A stretch of 64,000 nucleotides of DNA, taken from positions 291-64,290 of the forward strand of contig DASZWD010000040.1 of assembly GCA_035546775.1 (NCBI GenBank), written 5' to 3'. The DNA comes from Acidimicrobiales bacterium. GTDB lineage: Bacteria; Actinomycetota; Acidimicrobiia; Acidimicrobiales; JACCXE01. Below the pieces are notes generated by a model, which did not search any database, was not told the origin of the DNA, and saw only the letters and a list, made by a program, of their open reading frames with translations. Shown here piece after piece: positions 10,586-17,339 of the stretch. The position numbers were made by a program, and so were the translations under genes. Positions within the stretch are counted from its first letter, which is position 1. The number at the start of each line of letters is the position of its first letter.

Positions 10586-10594
10586 CGCGCGCTG

Positions 10595-11572
10595 TCAGGC
10601 CTTCAGCGCGCTCGACGACGGGACCGGCAGCCGCGCCAGCATGTCGTCGAGCACGGCTTCGGCGTCGATGCCTTCGAACTCCGCTTCGGGCGTCGGTACG
10701 AGGCGATGGCCGAGCACAGGCACGGCGACGGCCTTGACGTCGTCGGCGTTGGCGAAGTCGCGCCCACTGGCCGCGGCCCACGCCCGCGCCGTGCGCTGGA
10801 GCGCCAGGGCGGCACGCGGCGACGCACCCAGCGCGAGGTTGGGATGGCGACGGGTGGCGTCGGCGAGCTCGACGATGTAGGCGCGCAACCCGGCGGCCAC
10901 GTGAACCGCCTGCGCGCCGGCGATGAGCGTGTGCACGTCGTCGACCGACGCCACCGCCTTCAGATGGTTGACGGGATTGTCGGTCCCGTGCTCGTCGAGC
11001 ATGGCGATCTCGGCGCGCTTGGCCGGATACCCCATGGCGATGCGCATAAGGAAGCGGTCGAGTTGGCTGTCGGGCAGGGGATAGGTGCCCTCATGCTCGA
11101 CCGGGTTCTGGGTGGCGATCACCATGAACGGATCGGGCAGCGAGTACGTCGTGGCGTCGACGGTGACCTGGCGCTCTTCCATCGCCTCGAGCAGCGCCGC
11201 CTGCGTTTTCGGCGACGCGCGGTTGATCTCGTCGGCCAGCACGATGTTGGCGAACACGCCGCCGGGCCGGAACTCGAAGCGGTTGCCGGTGCGCGAGAAC
11301 ACCGTCACCCCGGTGACGTCGGAGGGCAGAAGGTCGGGCGTGAACTGGATGCGGTTCCACTCCGACGCGAACGAAGCGGCGAGCGCCTTGGCGAGCGTCG
11401 TCTTTCCGACGCCGGGGACGTCCTCGATCAGCAGGTGACCTTCGGCGGCGAGGCACACGAGGGCGAGCTTGATGGCATCGGCCTTACCGACGAGCGCGTG
11501 GCCGATGTTCTCGGCGACGGCGTCGAACACGGCGGCGAAGGCTTCCGGTCGTGCCAAACGTCGTCGTGCCAT
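10595..11572 (-). CDS. moxR: MoxR-family AAA+ ATPase
   Basis: Walker A GVPGVGKT and the ADEINRASPKTQAALLEAMEERQVT signature. ATG 11572, with TACGCT 9 nt upstream. The ORF extension to 12334 is rejected. Confidence 0.85.
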   Translation of the reverse strand: MARRRLARPEAFAAVFDAVAENIGHALVGKADAIKLALVCLAAEGHLLIEDVPGVGKTTLAKALAASFASEWNRIQFTPDLLPSDVTGVTVFSRTGNRFEFRPGGVFANIVLADEINRASPKTQAALLEAMEERQVTVDATTYSLPDPFMVIATQNPVEHEGTYPLPDSQLDRFLMRIAMGYPAKRAEIAMLDEHGTDNPVNHLKAVASVDDVHTLIAGAQAVHVAAGLRAYIVELADATRRHPNLALGASPRAALALQRTARAWAAASGRDFANADDVKAVAVPVLGHRLVPTPEAEFEGIDAEAVLDDMLARLPVPSSSALKA

Positions 11573-11645
11573 ACGGAGGCGAGCGTAGCGAGCCGACCAG
11601 AGGGTGCGGGGCGGGTGGGCGGTCACAACCCTAACGTTTGAATCT

Positions 11646-12485
11646 GTGAACTCGATCCTGGCCGTCGACATCGGAGGCACCAAACTCGCCGTCGGCGTCG
11701 TCGACGAGGACGGCCGCATCGCGCGGCGTGCGCAGGCGCCCACCGACACCGAAGATCCGTGGCCGGCGCTGGCCGCGCTGGTCGAGGACATGCGCGGTGA
11801 CGATGTCGTCGCCGTCGGCGTCGGCTGCGGCGGGCCGATGGCGCCGGGTGGTGAGACGGTGTCGCCGCTCAACATCGCCGGCTGGCGCGCCTTTCCGCTG
11901 CGCGCCGAACTCAGCCGGCTCACCGATCGCCCCGCGTTCGTCGACAACGACGCCAAGGCGCTCGCGCTCGGGGAAGGCTGGGTGGGCGCCGGCCGCGGGG
12001 CTACGAACTTCATCGCGATGGTCGTGTCCACCGGCGTCGGCGGTGGCATCGTCGTCGACGGCCGCCTTCTCGAGGGCGAGACGGGCAACGGCGGCCACAT
12101 CGGCCACGTGATCGTGGAGCCCGACGGCGTCGCGTGCGCCTGCGGCGCCCGCGGCTGTCTCGAAGCCGAAGCGTCCGGCACGGCGATCGCCAAGGCGACC
12201 GGCAAGCCGGCGCAAGAGGCGGACCCCGCCACCATCGAGCGCACGGGCCGGCTCGTCGGCCGCGGCATCGCGTCGGTGGTGAACCTGCTCGACCTACGCC
12301 TGGCCCTCGTCGGCGGATCGGTGGCGCTCGGCATGGGGGAGGCGTTCTTCGCCGCCGCCCAACGCGAGGTCGACGACCGGTGTCGGATCGAGTTCGCCCG
12401 CGGTGCGCGTGTCGCGCCTGTTGGCCTGGGTCCGGACGGACCGCTTATCGGTGCGGCCGCCGTCGCCTACCGGGGCCTGGCGTGA
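11646..12485 (+). CDS. ROK-family sugar kinase (glucokinase-like)
   Basis: DIGGTKLAVGVV and GHIGHV..CACGARGCLEAEASG (ROK zinc motif). GTG 11646 preferred because TAACGT lies 8 nt upstream. The alternative start is 11604. Confidence 0.8.
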   Translation: MNSILAVDIGGTKLAVGVVDEDGRIARRAQAPTDTEDPWPALAALVEDMRGDDVVAVGVGCGGPMAPGGETVSPLNIAGWRAFPLRAELSRLTDRPAFVDNDAKALALGEGWVGAGRGATNFIAMVVSTGVGGGIVVDGRLLEGETGNGGHIGHVIVEPDGVACACGARGCLEAEASGTAIAKATGKPAQEADPATIERTGRLVGRGIASVVNLLDLRLALVGGSVALGMGEAFFAAAQREVDDRCRIEFARGARVAPVGLGPDGPLIGAAAVAYRGLA

Positions 12486-12724
12486 ACCGCCGCGCCGCCT
12501 TCGCACTGTTGCGCCGGCCCGACCTGTGGTGGACGGGCGCCCGCCAGGCGTTGCGCCTCGCGGCGCCGGGTTGGTGGAAGCGCGGCAGTCACCTGCCGCT
12601 GCCCGACGAGGACTACATGCACTTCCGCCTCGTCACGCAGTACGGCGGCGAGGGCCAGCACGCCAGCGGCACCGACCTCGTCCAGTACCTCCAGTGGTGC
12701 CGCGACGAACGTCGCCGCGCGTAA
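12482..12724 (+). CDS. small hypothetical protein, translationally coupled to the ROK gene
   Basis: 80 codons beginning at a GTG that overlaps the ROK stop (GTGA 12482-12485). High third-position G+C. No family recognised. Confidence 0.45.
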   Translation: MNRRAAFALLRRPDLWWTGARQALRLAAPGWWKRGSHLPLPDEDYMHFRLVTQYGGEGQHASGTDLVQYLQWCRDERRRA

Positions 12725-12733
12725 CGCCGGCCG

Positions 12734-13057
12734 TCAGGTTTCGAGGGCATCGAGGCGCTCGCGCAGGTCGCTGACCTCCATCGACAGCGCGGCGACCTGT
12801 TCGACCAGGGCGTCGATGACGGCCTGCTGATCCGTGCGCGCCGCACCGCGGCGCCGGCCGAGGTTGGGTGACGCCGCCGCGCGGGCGATGACGTCGTCGA
12901 GGTCGACGAGGCGTTGATCGCCGTGCGTGCCCGGGACGACGGTCGAGGCGATCAAGCCCTCCCGGTACCAGCGCCGCAACGCCGGGACGCTCGCGCCGGT
13001 CTCGTCGGCGGCCTCGCGCAACGTGACGTAGCGGCGGAAATTCTCTGGTACGGTCAT
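12734..13057 (-). CDS. MerR/excisionase-type HTH protein with C-terminal coiled coil
   Basis: YVTLREAADETGASVPALRRWYREGLI resembles a MerR-superfamily HTH. ATG 13057, with TATCGT 6 nt upstream. The long ORF extension to 14188 is rejected. Confidence 0.65.
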   Translation of the reverse strand: MTVPENFRRYVTLREAADETGASVPALRRWYREGLIASTVVPGTHGDQRLVDLDDVIARAAASPNLGRRRGAARTDQQAVIDALVEQVAALSMEVSDLRERLDALET

Positions 13058-13068
13058 CCTAGAACGAT

Positions 13069-13087
13069 AACACTGTTTAAACACTGT
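13069..13087. promoter_or_regulatory. direct repeat AACACTGT x2 around GTTTAAAC in the 42-nt HTH / ClpC-N spacer (candidate operator)
   Basis: AACACTGT at 13069-13076 and 13080-13087 (11-bp phase), in an AT-rich island within high-GC DNA. Confidence 0.35.
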
Positions 13088-13099
13088 CAAGGAGTTACC

Positions 13100-13960
13100 A
13101 TGTTCGAACGCTTTACGGAACGAGCTCGGGACGTGCTGGTGCGGGCGGAGCGGCTCGCCAACGAACTGCACAGTCCCGCCATCCGCCGCCACCACCTGCT
13201 CATCGGCCTGCTCGACGGCGCCACCGAAGGCTCGCAGACCGTGGCCGTCGTCCTCGCCGACGCCGACGTCGACAGCGTTGCCCTGCGAACCAAATTGCTC
13301 GATTCCCTCCGGGCGACCGAGACGCCCGGCGGTGGCACGCGCCCGTTCACGCGCGAAGCCAAGAAGACGCTTGAGCTGTCGCTGCGCGAGGCGCTGTCGC
13401 TCGGCCACAACTACATCGGCCGTGAGCATCTTCTCCTCGGCATCCTCCGCAGCGCCGACGGGCCGCTGCAGAGCGTCATCGCCGACACCGGCCTCGGCTA
13501 CGAGCGGGCACGCGAGATCGTTGCCGAGCAGTCGCCGCCGTCGGGCCGCGGGCGTGGGGGACGCCGCGACGTGCGTCGCGGCGTGATGCGCACGCTTGGC
13601 CGTCAGTCGACCGTCGGCCTGCAAGCGGTGCTGCAACGCGCCCACGAACTCACCGGCGAGGAACGCAACGCAACCACGGGCGATCTCCTGCTGGCGCTCG
13701 TCGACACGCCGGGTTCGTACTTCGCCTCCATGCTGCAGGGCGTGGCGTTGCCCGACCGCGCAACGCTGAAGGCGTCGCTGGATCGATTGCTCGAGACCAA
13801 GGCGCCCGATGGCACCGACGAAGCCGTCAAGGTCGACGCCCGCAGCGGCGCCGTCACGATCAACGACCCGCGCATCGCCGAGGCGGTCAAGAAGCTCGTG
13901 GGTGACGGCGCGGTGACGAGCGAGCGGCTCGAAGAGATCCTGCGGCGGCTGCAGGGATAA
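13100..13960 (+). CDS. orphan Clp N-terminal (Clp R) domain protein, ClpC2-like
   Basis: MFERFTERARDVLVRAERLA.. and FTREAKKTLELSLREALSLGHNYIGREHLLLGIL are the two ClpC/ClpB N-domain repeats. No AAA+ module follows. SD AAGGAG at 13089-13094. Confidence 0.8.
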   Translation: MFERFTERARDVLVRAERLANELHSPAIRRHHLLIGLLDGATEGSQTVAVVLADADVDSVALRTKLLDSLRATETPGGGTRPFTREAKKTLELSLREALSLGHNYIGREHLLLGILRSADGPLQSVIADTGLGYERAREIVAEQSPPSGRGRGGRRDVRRGVMRTLGRQSTVGLQAVLQRAHELTGEERNATTGDLLLALVDTPGSYFASMLQGVALPDRATLKASLDRLLETKAPDGTDEAVKVDARSGAVTINDPRIAEAVKKLVGDGAVTSERLEEILRRLQG

Positions 13961-14054
13961 GTGCCCCCGACGCGCCGTGCGCGTCCGGTAAGTTCTGCCG
14001 CAATGGACGTGGGGCCAGCGCCAACAACAACCCGAGGACGCCGCAGGTAACGCG

Positions 14055-14588
14055 ATGTCCGGAGCGCTGGTGCTGAACGCAACGTACGAGCCACTGTGCA
14101 TCGTCACGCAGCGCCGGGCGCTCAACCTCATCCTGCAGGCGAAAGCCGAGCTTGTGTCCGCCACCGACCAGCAATTCCGCGCCGCCACCGTGTCGTTTGC
14201 GGCGCCGTCGGTCGTGCGCTTGATCTCTTACGTCAAGGTGCCGTACACGACCCGCGTGGCGCTCAACCGCCGCGCCGTGTTCGCCCGCGACAACTACCGC
14301 TGCCAGTACTGCCACGCGGCGGCCGAGAACATCGACCACGTGATCCCGCGCAGCCGCGGCGGAACGCACACGTGGGACAACGTGGTGGCGGCGTGCAAGG
14401 CGTGCAACGCCCGCAAGGAAGACCGCATGCTGCACGAGATCAACATGCGGTTGCGCCGCCCACCGACCACGCCCCACGCCCGCGCGTGGGTCCTGGCGGC
14501 GACGGGGAGCCGGCGGCCTGACTGGGAACAGTGGCTCGGCACGCCCATGCACGCGACACGCGCGGCAGCGGCGATGGCCTCGGCCTGA
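14055..14588 (+). CDS. HNH endonuclease family protein
   Basis: CQYC...IDHVIPRSRGGTHTWDNVVAACKACNARK HNH/zinc motif. Confidence 0.8.
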   Translation: MSGALVLNATYEPLCIVTQRRALNLILQAKAELVSATDQQFRAATVSFAAPSVVRLISYVKVPYTTRVALNRRAVFARDNYRCQYCHAAAENIDHVIPRSRGGTHTWDNVVAACKACNARKEDRMLHEINMRLRRPPTTPHARAWVLAATGSRRPDWEQWLGTPMHATRAAAAMASA

Positions 14589-15226
14589 CCACCCGCCTCA
14601 CCACCTGGGCCGGGAGCGCGGCGGCGCTCCACGGCCGACCAATCGATCCTGCGACGCGCGTCACCGAACTGCGGGCGATCCGCCGGGCGATCGTCCTCGG
14701 CCGCGCCCAGCGAGTCGACGACGCGTTCGACGCCCGTGCCCGCGGCGCCGGCCTCGACGTGGCCCGGCGGGTCTCGGGCGGCTCGGCCGTCGTCGTGGGG
14801 CCGGGGGAGTGCGTGTGGGTCGACGTCGTTGTCGCCCGCGACGCGCCCGGCTGGAACGACGACATCGGCAAGGCCGGCTGCTGGATGGGCGACCAGTGGG
14901 TGGCCGCCCTGGCGGCGGTCGGCGTCGGCGACCTGCGGGTGCACCGCACGGCCATGGAACGCCGGCCGGGGTCCGACGCGGTGTGCTTTGCCGGCGTGGG
15001 TTCGGGCGAGGTGCTGCGGGCCGACGGCGCCAAGATCGTGGGCGTCTCCCAGCGCCGCACCCGCGGCTGGGCCCTGTTCCAGTGCGCCATCCCGCTGCGA
15101 TGGGAGCCCGCGGCCCTGATCGACGTTCTCGGCGCGGCTGCGGCTCCGGCCGCCGACGCCGCCGTGGCCACGCTTGACGCGGCAACCGCCGCATCGGCTG
15201 TCGCCGCTCTCGCCGCGCTGCTCTAG
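14531..15226 (+). CDS. lipoate/biotin protein ligase (BPL_LplA_LipB) catalytic-domain-only protein
   Basis: GAKIVGVSQRRTRGWALFQ resembles the LplA K-x-x-G-x-[AS]-Q adenylate-binding block. The only ATG/GTG/TTG start (GTG 14531) overlaps the HNH gene by 58 nt. Confidence 0.5.
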   Translation: MARHAHARDTRGSGDGLGLTTRLTTWAGSAAALHGRPIDPATRVTELRAIRRAIVLGRAQRVDDAFDARARGAGLDVARRVSGGSAVVVGPGECVWVDVVVARDAPGWNDDIGKAGCWMGDQWVAALAAVGVGDLRVHRTAMERRPGSDAVCFAGVGSGEVLRADGAKIVGVSQRRTRGWALFQCAIPLRWEPAALIDVLGAAAAPAADAAVATLDAATAASAVAALAALL

Positions 15227-15274
15227 GCGCCGCGATTTCGCAGAAATCTTCGATTTGGAGCGGATTTTGCCCTG

Positions 15275-15322
15275 GATGTGGTTGCAAGTGGCGCGATGAA
15301 CCCTTAAAGTGTCGCGAAGTGG
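15275..15322 (+). promoter_or_regulatory. array of phased MraZ-box-like direct repeats
   Basis: GATGTGG 15275, CAAGTGG 15285, degenerate GATGAAC 15295, AAAGTGT 15306, GAAGTGG 15316. Spacing is 10/10/11/10 nt. Confidence 0.4.
15282..15310 (+). promoter_or_regulatory. candidate dcw promoter Pmra (-35 TTGCAA, 17-nt spacer, -10 TAAAGT)
   Basis: TTGCAA 15282-15287 and TAAAGT 15305-15310. Lies about 50 nt upstream of the mraZ GTG. Confidence 0.35.
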
Positions 15323-15359
15323 CGGACCGGAGAGGGCCGGTGCCACGGCGGAGACCGAT

Positions 15360-15791
15360 GTGGCAGAACTCTTCAGCGGGCATAGCGAGCACACGCTCGA
15401 CGCCAAGGGGCGCGTGATCGTGCCGGCGAAGTACCGCTCGTTCTTTGCCGATGGCGCGCACCTCGGAATCGGCAGCAACCACTCGCTCGCCCTCTGGACG
15501 CACGAGGCGTTCGAGCGCAAGGCCAAGCAGATGCTCGAACTCATGGAGTCGGGCGAGCCCGGCGCCGAGGAGGAAGCGCAGTACTGGGCGGGCAACATCG
15601 AAGACGTCACCGTCGACGCCTCGACCGGCCGCCTGCTCGTGCCGCCCTACATGCGCGCCGAGGCCGACCTCGAGCCCGGCCAGCCGGTGCGACTGGTCGG
15701 CGCCCTCAGCCACATCGCCATCTGGAACCCGCAGCGCTACGCCGAGCGCATCGGGGTCAAGGCGTCGAAGTTCAACAAGGACGACGCGTGA
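15360..15791 (+). CDS. mraZ: transcriptional regulator MraZ
   Basis: Two SpoVT/AbrB-like halves (TLDAKGRVIVPAKYR, VDASTGRLLVPPYMR). GTG 15360 gives 143 aa. First gene of the dcw cluster. Confidence 0.85.
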   Translation: MAELFSGHSEHTLDAKGRVIVPAKYRSFFADGAHLGIGSNHSLALWTHEAFERKAKQMLELMESGEPGAEEEAQYWAGNIEDVTVDASTGRLLVPPYMRAEADLEPGQPVRLVGALSHIAIWNPQRYAERIGVKASKFNKDDA

Positions 15792-15815
15792 TGCGCGCGC
15801 GGAACATCAGCAGCC

Positions 15816-15847
15816 CTCCGGCCGGAGCCGATGGAGTTTTCAACTCC
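15816..15847 (+). other. two perfect palindromes in the mraZ-rsmH spacer
   Basis: CTCCGGCCGGAG at 15816-15827. GGAGTT-TTC-AACTCC at 15833-15847. Confidence 0.5.
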
Positions 15848-15890
15848 GCCCGCTCCGTCGGTGGTCACCGGGAGACAAAACCCGAACCTT

Positions 15891-15906
15891 CCCCCCGGCC
15901 GGGGGG
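15891..15906 (+). promoter_or_regulatory. perfect 16-nt palindrome CCCCCCGGCCGGGGGG, 6 nt upstream of the rsmH ATG (attenuator or SD-sequestering hairpin candidate)
   Basis: Read directly. The G6 arm (15901-15906) is the only purine-rich, SD-like element before ATG 15913. Confidence 0.4.
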
Positions 15907-15912
15907 TTGCTG

Positions 15913-16842
15913 ATGCGCCGCGCGACCGACGACTTCGCGCACGAGCCCGTAATGGTGAACGAGGTCGTGGAGCTGTTCGCCCCTGTGCCCGCCGGCGCGG
16001 TGGTCGACGCGACCGTGGGCGGGGCGGGCCACGCCACCGCGATCCTCGACGCCCACCCACACCTCTCGGTGATCGGCCTCGATCGTGATCCCGACGCCGT
16101 TGCCGCCGCCACCGAGCGGCTGGCGCCCTACGGCGCGCGCGCCGAGGTGCACCACGCGCGCTTCGACGCGCTCGCCGACGTCGTCGACGGGCCAGTCAGC
16201 GGCGTGCTGTTCGACTTGGGTGTGAGCTCGCCGCAGTTGGATCGCGGTGAGCGAGGATTCGCGTTCCGCAACGAAGGTCCCCTCGACATGCGCATGGATC
16301 CGACGACGGGACGCAGCGCCGCCACCATCGTCAACGAATCGTCCGTCGAGGAGCTGGCGCAGATCCTGCGCGATGGTGGCGAGACGCGGTGGGCGATGCG
16401 CATCGCACGCGCGCTCGTCGCCGCCCGTCCGATCGAGACGACGGCGCAGCTCGCCGAGCTGGTGCGCAGCGCCATCCCGGCCGCGGCGCGCCGCACCGGT
16501 GGCCATCCCGCCACCCGCACGTTCCAGGCGCTGCGCATCGCCGTCAACGACGAGCTGGCGATCCTGCCGGGCGCCATCGACGACGCCATCGCCGCGCTGG
16601 CCCCCGAGGGCCGCTGCGTGGTGCTGGCTTACCACTCGGGCGAGGACCGCATCGTGAAACAACGCTTCAACGAAGCCGTGACCGGCGGCTGCACGTGCCC
16701 GCCGGGCCTGCCGTGTGTGTGCGGTGCGCAGCCCAAGGTCACGCTGGTGTTCCGCGGCGCGCGCAAGCCGTCGGCGGAAGAAGTCGCGCGCAACCACCGC
16801 GCCGAGAGCGCGCGCCTGCGCGCCTGTCAGGCGGTGGCGTAA
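15913..16842 (+). CDS. rsmH: 16S rRNA (cytosine1402-N4)-methyltransferase
   Basis: HEPVMVNEVVELF, DATVGGAGHA and FDLGVSSPQLD blocks. Confidence 0.9.
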   Translation: MRRATDDFAHEPVMVNEVVELFAPVPAGAVVDATVGGAGHATAILDAHPHLSVIGLDRDPDAVAAATERLAPYGARAEVHHARFDALADVVDGPVSGVLFDLGVSSPQLDRGERGFAFRNEGPLDMRMDPTTGRSAATIVNESSVEELAQILRDGGETRWAMRIARALVAARPIETTAQLAELVRSAIPAAARRTGGHPATRTFQALRIAVNDELAILPGAIDDAIAALAPEGRCVVLAYHSGEDRIVKQRFNEAVTGGCTCPPGLPCVCGAQPKVTLVFRGARKPSAEEVARNHRAESARLRACQAVA

Positions 16843-17339
16843 TGGCAACACGCGCCGAACATCTCGGGCGGCCTTCCCCCCGCCCGACCCCACGCGGGGG
16901 AGCGCGTCCGTCCACGCGCTCCCCGCGTCCATCGCGGGATGCGCAGTTGCGCGTCCTTCCCAAGCAGGCCCGGGCCCGCCGCACGTCGGCGCGTCAGCGG
17001 CGGCGCCTGCTCGTGACGATGTGCACCACGATCACGATCGCGCTCGCCTTCGGCGTCGCCATCTCGCAGGTGATCGTGGCCCAGAACCAGGACCGGCTCG
17101 ACAAGCTCAACCGTCGCGTCGACGCCGCGCAGCAGCGCTACGAGAAGCTGCGCTATCAGGTGGCCGAGCTCGAATCGCCCGAGCGCATCGTCGCCGCCGC
17201 CCACAACCGCCTCGGCATGATCGAGCCGGCCAAGGTCAACTACGTCCCGCCGGTGGCCGACGATCCCGTCGACACCGACGACCACGTCACCGACGCTCCC
17301 GACTGGCGCCTCGTCAAAGCCGAGCTCGCCCAGAAGTGA
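16842..17339 (+). CDS. ftsL: cell division protein FtsL-like (septum formation initiator)
   Basis: Basic N-terminus, a single TM (LLVTMCTTITIALAFGVAISQVIV), then a coiled coil. Sits between rsmH and ftsI. The ATG shares one nt with the rsmH TAA. Confidence 0.7.
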   Translation: MATRAEHLGRPSPRPTPRGGARPSTRSPRPSRDAQLRVLPKQARARRTSARQRRRLLVTMCTTITIALAFGVAISQVIVAQNQDRLDKLNRRVDAAQQRYEKLRYQVAELESPERIVAAAHNRLGMIEPAKVNYVPPVADDPVDTDDHVTDAPDWRLVKAELAQK

